Source: an uncultured Acidobacteriota bacterium (lineage in GTDB: Bacteria; Acidobacteriota; Thermoanaerobaculia; Multivoradales; JAHEKO01). Taken from it: a stretch of DNA of 64,000 bases. The position numbers and the translations under genes were made by a program. Positions 16,950 through 26,695 of the stretch are shown here, piece after piece (within the stretch, counting starts at the first letter, position 1; each line of letters starts with the position of its first letter). The notes under the pieces were generated by a model. The model worked only from the letters and a program-made list of their open reading frames with translations. It was not told the DNA's origin and made no database searches. The stretch covers positions 192,001 through 256,000 of the forward strand of contig CAVQNG010000005.1 in assembly GCA_963713825.1 (NCBI GenBank). The letters run 5' to 3'.

Positions 16950-18863
16950 CTAGCTCAGGTAGGCCTCCAGCAGCTGGCCGGCGATGGACATGAAGTCCCG
17001 CTCCGTGACGATGCCCACCAGGCGCGTCCTCTTGTCGATGACCGGAAGGCAGCTCACCCTTCGGTCTCGCATCAACCGGATGGCCTCGAGCGTCGACATC
17101 GTTGGACTGGCCGTTACCAGGTCGGTCTTCATGATCTCACTGACGGGAACCGGGCTTTGCTCCTGGCCGGGGGTGTTGTCGGCAAGGAGCCTCAAGAGCG
17201 AGCGGTGGGTGACCAGGCCGACGAGCCGGTGGAGGTTGTCCTCGACCGGTACATGGCGGATGTGATGCCAGTTCATGACACAGGCAACAATGTCCACCAA
17301 CTCGTCCTGATTGACAGTGAACAAATCGGTCGTCATCAACTGACCGACCCGCAGGTGATGCTTCTTGCCATCCCCGGCTTCCTCGAGGGATGCCAGCTCC
17401 CAGGTGTGGACCGGTTGCTCGGTTCGTTGCCGGCTCACCGTCGCCGCGACGAGGGCGGTCAGACACTCGGCCGGCGAACCATCGCACTTCATGCGGTCAT
17501 AGGAGTCCACCTGCCATTGAGAACCAGTCCGAAGGCTACTGACTCTCTCTTCGACAACCCCCAGATACCGATCGATATCGGAGGAGTCGGTGTCGAGATC
17601 CTGCAGTCCCTGCCGGGCGATCGGTAAGAGCTCGACCAGGAGGAGCTGCTGGGCTGGGATGTTGCCTCTGTCTGGCCAGCTCAAATGCGCTCCCAGGCCG
17701 AGCCGGGCGGCCGCAACGAAGTTCTCCCGTGCGACTTCGAACTCCATGACCTCGGTGACATCCGGGTACAGAGTGGAGACTCCATTCAGCAAACCGAACC
17801 AGAGGGCGGCGTTGGCGACCTCGTCGAGTGGAGTTGGGCCGGCCGGCAGAATTCGGTTTTCGATGCGCAGATGGGCCTTGTCTCCCGAGATTCCATAGCA
17901 GGGCCGGTTCCACCGATAGATGGTGCCGTTGTGCAGGCGTAGTGCTTGGAGTCGAGGCGCCACCCCTCGGGCCATGACCTCGAAGGGATCTTCGTCCACG
18001 TCGGTGCTCATGAGAACGCGGAAGCGCGAAATGTCCTCTTTGAAGATCTCGACGACCGACTCGTCTACCCACCGCCGCCCGAAACTCACTCGTGGGCTCT
18101 GCATCCTGAGATGCCCGGCTGGCGAACGGGTATCGATGGACTGCTGAAAGAGCGCGATGCGGGTCTCCCGCCAGAGTTGCCTGCCGAAAAGCATGGGGGA
18201 GTTCGTGGTCGCCGCCAAGACAGGAGCAGCCACCGCTTGAGCAGTGTTGTAGAGACGGGCAAAGTTCTCGGGCTTGACCTGAAAGTGAACCTGGAAGCTG
18301 GTGTTACAGGACTCGAGCATGACGTTGTCATGCGTGACGTTGATCTCGTCGCGGCCTTTGAGGTGCAGGTGATAGCGTCCACCGCGCAACCGGGTCATCG
18401 CTTCGTTGAGGGCGAAGTACCGTGCCCGTGGCGTCATGTTGTCGAGGGAGAGGTCGGCCTTGTCGAGAGTAGGGAGAATCCCGCACAGAACGACTTCCGT
18501 GTCCAGTTCTTCTGCGGCCAGACGGGCCTTGTGGAGCAGCACGGTGAGCTGCCGTTCCATCTCCCGCAAAGAAGTGCCACCGAGCGTGATCGGGTCGAGG
18601 TTGCACTCCATGTTGAAGCGACCCAGCTCGGTCGTGAAGTGGGGATCGTCGATGCGCTCGAGCAGCTCGGTGGCGACCGGTGCCGGGCGCCAATCTCGAT
18701 CGACGAGGAACATCTCCTGCTCGGCCCCGATACGTCGCACTTTGGTCTCGAAGAGGCCATTCTCGAGCATTGTCTCGAGAGCCCGAAGGTCTGTGAGGAG
18801 CTTGCGGCTGAACAGGCGGAGCTGCTCGGCGTCGAACTGGTTCTTGACTTTCTGCTCGCCCAT
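16950..18863 (-). CDS. Glutamate-cysteine ligase-like (GCS2-fold) protein with a C-terminal CBS pair
   Basis: Motifs IGAEQE, TELGRFNME, SFQVH, HNGTIYRWNRPCY, LRIENR. The C-terminal ~130 aa form two CBS domains. GAGG RBS. Confidence 0.85.
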   Translation of the reverse strand: MGEQKVKNQFDAEQLRLFSRKLLTDLRALETMLENGLFETKVRRIGAEQEMFLVDRDWRPAPVATELLERIDDPHFTTELGRFNMECNLDPITLGGTSLREMERQLTVLLHKARLAAEELDTEVVLCGILPTLDKADLSLDNMTPRARYFALNEAMTRLRGGRYHLHLKGRDEINVTHDNVMLESCNTSFQVHFQVKPENFARLYNTAQAVAAPVLAATTNSPMLFGRQLWRETRIALFQQSIDTRSPAGHLRMQSPRVSFGRRWVDESVVEIFKEDISRFRVLMSTDVDEDPFEVMARGVAPRLQALRLHNGTIYRWNRPCYGISGDKAHLRIENRILPAGPTPLDEVANAALWFGLLNGVSTLYPDVTEVMEFEVARENFVAAARLGLGAHLSWPDRGNIPAQQLLLVELLPIARQGLQDLDTDSSDIDRYLGVVEERVSSLRTGSQWQVDSYDRMKCDGSPAECLTALVAATVSRQRTEQPVHTWELASLEEAGDGKKHHLRVGQLMTTDLFTVNQDELVDIVACVMNWHHIRHVPVEDNLHRLVGLVTHRSLLRLLADNTPGQEQSPVPVSEIMKTDLVTASPTMSTLEAIRLMRDRRVSCLPVIDKRTRLVGIVTERDFMSIAGQLLEAYLS

Positions 18864-18980
18864 CGGACCTCACCGCGGGGGGACCCGAGCAGCCCTAGGG
18901 GGAGCGCTCCCTCCCGCCGCCAGGCTGCTTCGGGGACCGGAACCGCAACTGATCGATTGCTCGAGGATTTTACGCCGACG

Positions 18981-19053
18981 GGGCACCACCGGCAAATCCG
19001 ATGGTGCCCCGTGAGTGTTTGAGACTGGCTCGGCCCGAGGCGATCGGGCCGAG
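18981..19053. terminator. Two hairpins downstream of pntB
   Basis: GGGCACCA..TGGTGCCC (18981-19009) and CTCGGCCCGA..TCGGGCCGAG (19029-19053). No clear U-tract. Confidence 0.4.
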
Positions 19054-19061
19054 ATGCGAGA

Positions 19062-20501
19062 TCAAGCCGCGGCGATCAGGCTCTTGACCTCACTGACGAT
19101 CTCCTGCAAGACCTTCTTGGCATCGCCGAAGATCATCATGTTGTTGTCGTACTCGAAAAGCTCGTTCTTGATGCCCGCGAAGCCGGGACTCAAGGAGCGC
19201 TTGATCATCATGACCGACTGAGCCTCCCAGACCTGCAGGACCGGCATTCCAGCGATGGGACTCGTCGGGTCCTTCTCCGCAGCAGGGTTCACTACGTCGT
19301 TGGCACCAACGACGAGCACGGCGTCGGTCTGCTTGAATTCCGGATTGATGGTGTCCATTTCGATCAACTGCTCGTAAGGGACATCGGCTTCGGCCAGCAG
19401 AACATTCATGTGGCCAGGCATCCGGCCCGCTACCGGGTGAATCGCATAGGAGACCTTGACGCCGCGCTTCTGCAGCAGATCCGCCAGCTCTTTGACTGTG
19501 TGCTGCGCCTGCGCCACCGCCAGACCGTAGCCCGGCACGATGACCAGCGATTCGACGGTCTCCAACACCATGGCCGCCTCCTCGGGACTGTAGGAGCGGA
19601 CGGTGCCGTATTCTCCGGCATCCGCTGACCCGCCCTCTTGACCGAAACCGGAGAACAGCACGTTGCTGAGAGTCCGGTTCATGGCCACGCACATGATCTG
19701 CGTCAGGATCAATCCGGAGGCTCCGACCAGGGCACCGCTGATGATCAGCACGTTGTTGCTCAGCACGAAGCCCGTCATGGCGGCGGCGAGACCCGAGAGT
19801 GAGTTCAAGAACGAGATGATCACCGGCATGTCGGCGCCACCAATCGGGATCACCAGCAGCACTCCGAGAATGAGGCTGATGGCGGTTGCCACCAAGGCAC
19901 CCATGACCATGGTGGAAGGCTCGGTGCTGAAGAACCCGATGTAGATACCCGCGGCCAGACAGCCCAGGAAGAACAGTCCGTTGATGACGTGTCGAGCCGG
20001 CAGTAGCGTCGGTTGACCACCGATCTTGCCGCTCAGCTTCAAGAAAGCCACGAAACTGCCCGTCAGTGTGATCGAACCGATGAGGATCGAAAGAAAAGCG
20101 GTGACGGCGGAGGCGCCACCTAGCGCTTCGGCTGCTGATCCTGCGAAGGCAGGCTCGATGAGTGCCTTCCAAACGATGGAGAGGGCCACAAGGGCAGACG
20201 CTCCACCGCCGAAACCGTTGAACAGAGCGACCATCTCGGGCATCGAAGTCATCTCGACTTTGATCGCCGCAATGCCGCCGATCAGGCCACCGATGATGAG
20301 ACCGGCGATGATCCACTGGTAGTCCACGACTCCGAGGTCCAGCAGGGTCGTCACGATGGCGATGAGCATCGCCAGCGCCGCCAGGGCGTTGCCGCGGCGC
20401 GCGGAGCGCACGCGTGTCAGGCCTTTGAGCCCGAAGATGAAGAGCACTGCCGACAGCAGATAGAGAACTGGGACGATGATGTTGTTCAGAACGTCGTTCA
20501 T
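19062..20501 (-). CDS. pntB: NAD(P) transhydrogenase subunit beta
   Basis: Motifs MPEMVALFNGFGG, IGGADMPV, VPGYGLAVAQAQH, HPVAGRMPGHMNVLLAEA. Confidence 0.97.
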   Translation of the reverse strand: MNDVLNNIIVPVLYLLSAVLFIFGLKGLTRVRSARRGNALAALAMLIAIVTTLLDLGVVDYQWIIAGLIIGGLIGGIAAIKVEMTSMPEMVALFNGFGGGASALVALSIVWKALIEPAFAGSAAEALGGASAVTAFLSILIGSITLTGSFVAFLKLSGKIGGQPTLLPARHVINGLFFLGCLAAGIYIGFFSTEPSTMVMGALVATAISLILGVLLVIPIGGADMPVIISFLNSLSGLAAAMTGFVLSNNVLIISGALVGASGLILTQIMCVAMNRTLSNVLFSGFGQEGGSADAGEYGTVRSYSPEEAAMVLETVESLVIVPGYGLAVAQAQHTVKELADLLQKRGVKVSYAIHPVAGRMPGHMNVLLAEADVPYEQLIEMDTINPEFKQTDAVLVVGANDVVNPAAEKDPTSPIAGMPVLQVWEAQSVMMIKRSLSPGFAGIKNELFEYDNNMMIFGDAKKVLQEIVSEVKSLIAAA

Positions 20502-20791
20502 GACTTGGCCTTCTTCTTGCTGAACATGCCCAGCATGCGATCGGTGACCAGGAAGCCGCCCACCACGTTGATGGTGGCGAAGATAATCGCGACGAAGGCG
20601 AGGATGCTGCTCATGATGATTTCCCCGCTACTCGCTGCGGCGATGGAGCCCACCAAGGTGATTCCGGAGATGGCGTTGGCTCCCGACATCAGGGGCGTGT
20701 GAAGCGTCGGTGGGATCTTCGTGATGATCTCGAAACCGACGAAACACGCCAAAACAAAGACATAGATGCCTACCAGAAGGGGTCCCATCAT
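20498..20791 (-). CDS. pntAB: NAD(P) transhydrogenase alpha part 2
   Basis: Motifs LHTPLMSGANAISG, NVVGGFLVTDRML. Confidence 0.95.
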   Translation of the reverse strand: MMGPLLVGIYVFVLACFVGFEIITKIPPTLHTPLMSGANAISGITLVGSIAAASSGEIIMSSILAFVAIIFATINVVGGFLVTDRMLGMFSKKKAKS

Positions 20792-21930
20792 GACTGTTCT
20801 CCTCGCAGCTTCTCAGCCGTGGGTGCATGGGCAACTTCGCCTGCATGGGTCAGCAGGCTGCCGGCCACGACTTCGTCCTCTAGATCGATCTGAATGGCCT
20901 CGTCCTTCATCATGCCCTGAAGTAGAGCCAGAACATTGCGCGCGTAGACCATGCTCGCGTCGTGAGACATGGTGGTGGCGAGATTCACAGGTCCGAGAAT
21001 CAGCACGCCGTTGTGGACGACCTCTTCTCCGGCCCGGGAGACCTCGCAGTTACCCCCCTGCTCGGCTGCCAGGTCGACGACCACTGCCCCTGGTCGCATG
21101 GCATTCAACATGTCGAGGGTCAGCAGTCGTGGCGCCTGTTTGCCAGGCACCTGGGCCGTGGTGATGACCACATCCGCAGCACCGACGTGCTCGGTGAGAA
21201 TCTCTCTTTGTCGCCGCAGGAAGTCCTCGCCCATCTCCTTGGCGTAACCGCCGGTTCCTTCGCCGGTCTCCTCGAACGGCAAGTCGATGAATCGACCGCC
21301 CAGCGACTCGACCTGTTCCTTGACGGCTGGCCGAATGTCCGAGACCTCCACCACTGCACCCAGACGCTTGGCGGTTGCCACAGCCTGAAGGCCGGCGACG
21401 CCTGCACCCATGATGACGACTCTGGCCGGCGGAATGGTGCCAGCCGCGGTCATCAGCAGCGGAAAGTACCGGCTCAGCCGGCTCGCTGCCAGGATGACGG
21501 CCTTGTATCCGGCGATGTTGGCCTGCGACGAAAGCGCATCCATGGACTGAGCGCGAGTGATGCGCGGCACCAGTTCCATAGCCAGCGATGTGATGCGCTG
21601 CGAAGCCAATTGGCGAACCATCTCGGATTCGCGGTAGGGGTCGAGGAGCCCGACGACAATGGCTTCCGGCTTCAGGGCCTCGATCTCGTTGGTCGCCAGT
21701 GGCCCGACCTTGAGAACGACATCCGCGTCGCCCCAGGCAGATGCGTCGTTCGAGACGATCTTGCCACCGACCTCCTCATAGCCTGTATCCGGCAAGTACG
21801 AAGCCTCGCCGGCGCCGGCTTCGATCGTGACTTCGAAGCCGTCCTTGATGAGTCGTTTGACTGTCTCTGGTGTTGCTGCCACGCGAGTTTCACCCGCGCG
21901 TGTCTCTTTCGGAATCAGAATTTTCGCCAT
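20788..21930 (-). CDS. pntAA: NAD(P) transhydrogenase alpha part 1
   Basis: Motifs PKET..GETRVA, RITRAQSMDALSSQ, GAGVAGLQA, GGYAK. Confidence 0.95.
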   Translation of the reverse strand: MAKILIPKETRAGETRVAATPETVKRLIKDGFEVTIEAGAGEASYLPDTGYEEVGGKIVSNDASAWGDADVVLKVGPLATNEIEALKPEAIVVGLLDPYRESEMVRQLASQRITSLAMELVPRITRAQSMDALSSQANIAGYKAVILAASRLSRYFPLLMTAAGTIPPARVVIMGAGVAGLQAVATAKRLGAVVEVSDIRPAVKEQVESLGGRFIDLPFEETGEGTGGYAKEMGEDFLRRQREILTEHVGAADVVITTAQVPGKQAPRLLTLDMLNAMRPGAVVVDLAAEQGGNCEVSRAGEEVVHNGVLILGPVNLATTMSHDASMVYARNVLALLQGMMKDEAIQIDLEDEVVAGSLLTHAGEVAHAPTAEKLRGEQS

Positions 21931-22122
21931 TTTCCCAGGGGGTTGTCGGTCGTTCGACCGGAGTGGAAGATGAAGCACCCGCCGCCACCCGAAATCCTCT
22001 TGCAACGGCCATCACATGTCAAGGCCCAAGCAGCGGAAACCGGGGTCGGATCTCGAGAGATCAGAAGCGCTGGTAGGAGGGTGGGAATTGGTCGGCGCCC
22101 TGGCGAGTTATCGTTCAATGAC

Positions 22123-22533
22123 ATGTCGTCGGATAGCGAGCTGATTTTCTTCGATGGCGGGTGTGGTCTGTGCCATGCCGCTGTGCGCTTCATTCTCGAG
22201 CACGATCGGCAGGGGCGGTTTCGGTTCGCTCCCCTTCAGGGCGAGACATTCCTGGCGCGGGTTCCCGAGGTCGTTCGCAGTCGCCTGCCCGACACCCTGG
22301 TGGTCTCGACCGGCGATGGGCGCTACCTCTTGCGCTCGGATGGCGTTGTCTATGTTCTCGAGAGTCTCGGTGGATCCTGGAGGGTCCTGGGTCAGACCAT
22401 GGCGTGGCTGCCGCGCCGCCTGAGGGATTTTCTCTACGATGTCATCGCTGCCTGGCGAGCCCGCCTGTTTTCGAGCCCCAGCCAGGACTGCCCCGTCGCA
22501 GAGCCCGAGCTGCGCCGACGATTCGACCCCTGA
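22123..22533 (+). CDS. DCC1-like thiol-disulfide oxidoreductase
   Basis: Motifs FFDGGCGLC, FRFAPLQG, LRD.LYD.IA..R. True start is ATG 22123; the longer ORF in the track is an artefact. Confidence 0.88.
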   Translation: MSSDSELIFFDGGCGLCHAAVRFILEHDRQGRFRFAPLQGETFLARVPEVVRSRLPDTLVVSTGDGRYLLRSDGVVYVLESLGGSWRVLGQTMAWLPRRLRDFLYDVIAAWRARLFSSPSQDCPVAEPELRRRFDP

Positions 22534-22563
22534 TCCCCACGGGGACATGGTAGTTTCTGCGTC

Positions 22564-23211
22564 ATGACGGCGCTGTTCATCACTTTCGAGGGACTCGATG
22601 GCAGTGGCAAGTCGAGCCACCTTCAAGAGGCATACCGCTGGCTGGCGGATCACGACATCGAGTGCCAGGTCGCACAGGAGCCGGGCGGCACGCCGTTGGG
22701 AGAGGCGATCCGAGAGACGTTTCTCGATCCCAGGTGGGGCGAGATCGACGGCACAGTGGAGGCTCTGATGGTCTTTGCGAGTCGTCGCCAGCACCTGCTG
22801 GAGGTGATCGAGCCGACTCTGGCCGCCGGCCGACACGTCATTTGCGACCGCTTCACAGACTCGACGTTCGCCTATCAGGGCTACGGTCGTGGAGTACCGA
22901 TGTCGATCCTGCGAGACGTGGACCGGTTGGCGACCGGCGGCCGGGTTCCTGACCGAACGTTGTTGTTCGACCTCCCTGCCGAAGTGGCTCGAGAGCGGGG
23001 GCACTCCGAAGCTCGCCGCGAGAGCGAAGAAGGGGTCACTCGGCTCGATGCCGAGGCGCTCGAGTTTTATGGCAAGGTGCGACAGGGATATCTCGAGCTG
23101 GCTAGTGAGCATTCCGATCGGTTCATCGTGATCCGCTCGGAGGGCACTTTCGAGAGCACTCAGCAGCAGGTGAGGCAGGCGCTCGGAGGAATCTTCGGCT
23201 TCGAACCATGA
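22564..23211 (+). CDS. tmk: Thymidylate kinase
   Basis: Motifs FITFEGLDGSGKS, EPGGT, CDRFTDSTFAYQG. Confidence 0.97.
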   Translation: MTALFITFEGLDGSGKSSHLQEAYRWLADHDIECQVAQEPGGTPLGEAIRETFLDPRWGEIDGTVEALMVFASRRQHLLEVIEPTLAAGRHVICDRFTDSTFAYQGYGRGVPMSILRDVDRLATGGRVPDRTLLFDLPAEVARERGHSEARRESEEGVTRLDAEALEFYGKVRQGYLELASEHSDRFIVIRSEGTFESTQQQVRQALGGIFGFEP

Positions 23212-24092
23212 ATCTCGCGGCGACCGAACAGCTGGCCCGACTGGGCAATCTCTACCCGGCGGTCATTCTTCACGGCAAAGCGGCACAGGACAGGCAGGCA
23301 GCCGCCCTTCTCTTGGCGCGGACCCTGTTGTGCGAGGCGGAGCAATCAGACCGCCCATGCGGGGACTGCAAGCACTGTTCGAGGGTTGTCTGGCCAGGCG
23401 AAAAGAGCAGTGCATTCCATCCGGACTTTCGTGTTCTGGAGAGGGATCTGAAGACTTCGACCTCGGTCGCCGCGACCAAAGCCTTCCTCCAGGATGCCCA
23501 GTTGGCGCCGTTCGAGGCCCGCGGCCAGGTCTTCGTGATTGCCAGTGCGGAGAGCTTGACGGGTGAGGCTGCGAACGCCCTTCTCAAGACCCTCGAAGAG
23601 CCCCACACCTCGGCGCCGAGGCACTTTCTGCTCCTCAGCCCTTCGCAATTCGACCTTCTGGCCACGGTCAGAAGCCGCTCGCTAGCGGTCTTTCTAGGAG
23701 CCTCTGAGACCGTCTTCACCGAGGAGATGGAAGGTCTGGCTGAGGAGTTTGCGGCCTGTGTGAGGAACTTCATGAGCTCGGGGAGCACCCTGCATCTGCT
23801 AGCTGGTGCCGAGGTTCTGAGTCGGGTCAGCTCCTGGAAGGATCCGAGAGACGCCGCAGGTTGGTCGCAGGTGGCTGCGATCGTTCGCCGCAGCTGCGAC
23901 CTGGTCGATCGCCGAGGTCGGCGAGGCTTGTTGACCCTGGCCGAGGAGCTACTCGGCGGATGGCAGTCACGCGTGCGGGGGATACAGGCCCACAGAATCC
24001 TCGAAGGGACCGTGGAGAAGGCACTGGCGCCCCTGGCACCCAAAGTCGAGCGGCGCGCTCCGCGGCTTGTTCCATCCGGCGATGGTGGATAA
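23208..24092 (+). CDS. holB: DNA polymerase III delta' subunit
   Basis: Zinc motif C..PCGDCKHC, HPD, AANALLKTLEEP, TVRSR. Follows tmk. Confidence 0.85.
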   Translation: MNLAATEQLARLGNLYPAVILHGKAAQDRQAAALLLARTLLCEAEQSDRPCGDCKHCSRVVWPGEKSSAFHPDFRVLERDLKTSTSVAATKAFLQDAQLAPFEARGQVFVIASAESLTGEAANALLKTLEEPHTSAPRHFLLLSPSQFDLLATVRSRSLAVFLGASETVFTEEMEGLAEEFAACVRNFMSSGSTLHLLAGAEVLSRVSSWKDPRDAAGWSQVAAIVRRSCDLVDRRGRRGLLTLAEELLGGWQSRVRGIQAHRILEGTVEKALAPLAPKVERRAPRLVPSGDGG

Positions 24093-24167
24093 GATGTCAG
24101 CTCTCGTGCGCAGCCGATAACCCGCCTGCATTCCTATACTTACAGTCAATCCGAGGAGTCCATCGGC

Positions 24168-25238
24168 ATGTATCTACTTCGAATTCACCTGAGGGGCTCG
24201 GCAGTGGCCCTCCTGCTTGTAGTCGCTTTCCTGTCGCAGGCCTGCACGGTCTCCGATTCGGCCGTCTATGCTGCCAAGGACGATCAGGCCGAGCCAAGTG
24301 TCATGGCGGTGGTGGGGGGGAGCGCAATCACCGAAGACGAGGTGGCCGGGTCGGTGGCGGGGGAGCTGCTTCGGGTCAACAGGGAGCGCTACGAGATTCT
24401 CGAAAAGGGCCTCGACAATCTGATCACGACGCGTTTGCTGGAGCTGGAAGCGGAGGCCAGAGAGATGTCTGTCGACGAGCTCATGGCCGAGGCCGTCGAG
24501 TCGAAGGTCGAAGCGCCATCACAGGAAGCAATCGATGCCTTCTACGAGGCCCGCAAAGGACAGATCAGACAGCCCAAGGAAGCCGTGGAAGAGCGCATCG
24601 GACAGTTCTTGACCCAACAGCAGCAGCAGACGGCCCTGGCCGAGTTCATTTCCGAGCTGAAGGACAAGTATGGGTTTGAAAGCTACTTGGAACCTCTAAG
24701 GGTACCGGTGGAGTCCGCCGGGTATCCTGGCCGCGGGCCCGAGGGTGCGGCGGTGACCATCGTCGAGTTCTCGGATTTCGAGTGCCCCTATTGCTCACGG
24801 GTCGTGCCGACCATCGAGCAGATCCTCGAGAACTATGGTGACCAGGTGCGGGTTGTCTTTCGTCAGTTCCCGTTGAACAACATCCATCCCAATGCCCAGA
24901 AAGCGGCCGAGGCTTCACTCTGTGCCAACGACCAGGGCAAGTTCTGGGAGATGCACGATCTCATGTTCAAGGAGCAGAGGAGTCTGGAGCTCGAACAGCT
25001 AAAGGAAAAGGCCGCTCGGCTCGAGCTCGACGTCGAGGCCTTCAACGAGTGCCTTGACTCCTCTCAGCACGCCGAAGCCGTGATGAGTGACCAGGAGGCG
25101 GCAAGTCAGATTGGCGTCACCGGCACTCCGGCTCTGTTCATCAACGGCCGATTCCTGTCGGGCGCGCAACCCTACGAGCAGCTCGCCAGCATTATCGACG
25201 AAGAGCTGGGGAAGCGAGAGCCCAAGACCGATTCCTGA
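24168..25238 (+). CDS. DsbA-like thioredoxin with SurA-like N-terminal domain, possible lipoprotein
   Basis: Motifs EFSDFECPYC, FPL..HPNA, GVTGTP, ING. N-terminal LSQAC. Confidence 0.9.
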   Translation: MYLLRIHLRGSAVALLLVVAFLSQACTVSDSAVYAAKDDQAEPSVMAVVGGSAITEDEVAGSVAGELLRVNRERYEILEKGLDNLITTRLLELEAEAREMSVDELMAEAVESKVEAPSQEAIDAFYEARKGQIRQPKEAVEERIGQFLTQQQQQTALAEFISELKDKYGFESYLEPLRVPVESAGYPGRGPEGAAVTIVEFSDFECPYCSRVVPTIEQILENYGDQVRVVFRQFPLNNIHPNAQKAAEASLCANDQGKFWEMHDLMFKEQRSLELEQLKEKAARLELDVEAFNECLDSSQHAEAVMSDQEAASQIGVTGTPALFINGRFLSGAQPYEQLASIIDEELGKREPKTDS

Positions 25239-26684
25239 ATGTCGCAAGACGTCAGTGACCCCGAGCTGAGGGCAGCCCTCCACAGGGTTGCCGACATGGT
25301 TTCCGACTATTTGCAGGATGTCGGCCAGTACCCGGTGCTGCCGAGGGTCCAACCCGGAGAGGTGGCTTCGATGCTGCCGAGCTCGCCGCCGAGCGAAGGG
25401 GAGTCCCTGGACGCCATTCTCGACGATTACGCTCGAGTGATCGAGCCCAATGTCACCCACTGGAATCATCCGGGTTTTCTCGGCTACTTCTCGATCACGG
25501 GTTCGGGCCCCGGCATTCTGGGCGAAGTGCTGTCAGCCGCTCTGAATGTCAATGCCATGCTGTGGCGCACGTCTCCAGCCGCCACCGAGCTGGAGGAACG
25601 CGTCTGCGATTGGCTGCGGCAGATGCTGGGACTGCCGGACGACTTCAGAGGCCATATCAACGACACGGCCTCGATCAGCACCATGCTGGCCCTGGCGGCA
25701 GCGCGCCACGCGCAAACGGATCTGCAGGTCAGGGACCTGGGACTGGCGGGCAGGCCCGAAGTTCCTGAATTGGTCGTCTACACCAGCGATCAGGCCCATT
25801 CCTCTTGTGACAAAGCCGCCATGACCCTGGGCCTCGGCCTGGAGCACGTTCGCAGGATCGAGTCCGATGGGCAGTTCCGGATGCGCTTCGACTCCCTGGT
25901 CGAGGCAATCGATGCCGATCGGCGTGCGGGTCGCCGTCCCATGGCTGTAGTGGCGACGGCGGGGACGACTTCGACAACGAGCGTCGATCCCATCGATCGC
26001 ATTGCGGAGCTCTGTCGTCGAGAAGGGATCTGGCTGCATGTCGATGCCGCCTATGCCGGCAGCGCGGCGATTTGCCCCGAGCTCCGGGAGCAATTTTCTG
26101 GCTGGGAAAGAGCCGACTCGATCGTCTTCAACCCGCACAAGTGGCTGTTTACACCGATCGATTGTTCAGTGCTGCTGATGCGCGACGTGGATACCCTGCG
26201 GGAAGCCTTTTCCCTGGTGCCCGACTACTTGAAGACCGACGAGGAAGGTGTCACCAATCTGATGGATCTCGGGGTTCAGCTGGGTCGCCGGTTTCGGTCC
26301 CTGAAGCTCTGGATGGTCATTCGGACCTTTGGAGTCGAGGGCCTGCAGGTGCGGATCCGTGAGCACTGCAGGATGGCCAGGGATCTGGCTTCGATGATCG
26401 AGAGCGACCCCGACTTTGTGGTTGCGGCCCCTGTACCGTTCAGTGTTGTCTGCTTTCGGTGGCTGGTAGGGGACTCGCCCGAGCAGCAGGATCGGCTCAA
26501 TAAAGCGCTTGTCGACGAAGTCAATGCGCAAGGCCCGGTGTTTGTCACCTCCGCGGTGCTGAAAGATCGATACACGCTTCACCTGGCCATCGGCAACCTC
26601 AAGACGACCGACGAGCACATCCAGAACGCCTGGCACATCATCCGCACCTCAGCCGATAGCGTTTCAGCAGCTCAGCGGCGCTGA
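25239..26684 (+). CDS. Group II PLP-dependent (aromatic L-amino acid-like) decarboxylase
   Basis: Motifs THWNHP, SPAATELE, AHSS..KA, HVDAAYAG, NPHKW, LGRRFRSLKLW. Confidence 0.93.
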   Translation: MSQDVSDPELRAALHRVADMVSDYLQDVGQYPVLPRVQPGEVASMLPSSPPSEGESLDAILDDYARVIEPNVTHWNHPGFLGYFSITGSGPGILGEVLSAALNVNAMLWRTSPAATELEERVCDWLRQMLGLPDDFRGHINDTASISTMLALAAARHAQTDLQVRDLGLAGRPEVPELVVYTSDQAHSSCDKAAMTLGLGLEHVRRIESDGQFRMRFDSLVEAIDADRRAGRRPMAVVATAGTTSTTSVDPIDRIAELCRREGIWLHVDAAYAGSAAICPELREQFSGWERADSIVFNPHKWLFTPIDCSVLLMRDVDTLREAFSLVPDYLKTDEEGVTNLMDLGVQLGRRFRSLKLWMVIRTFGVEGLQVRIREHCRMARDLASMIESDPDFVVAAPVPFSVVCFRWLVGDSPEQQDRLNKALVDEVNAQGPVFVTSAVLKDRYTLHLAIGNLKTTDEHIQNAWHIIRTSADSVSAAQRR

Positions 26685-26695
26685 CCAGATTCAGG

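Noticed and set aside
20962-22122. Apparent 523-aa fusion ORF ending in the DCC domain (similar extensions at 29007, 44153 and 58588)
   Set aside because: The N-terminal extensions overlap neighbouring real genes, and the recognisable domains begin at the internal starts given in the features.
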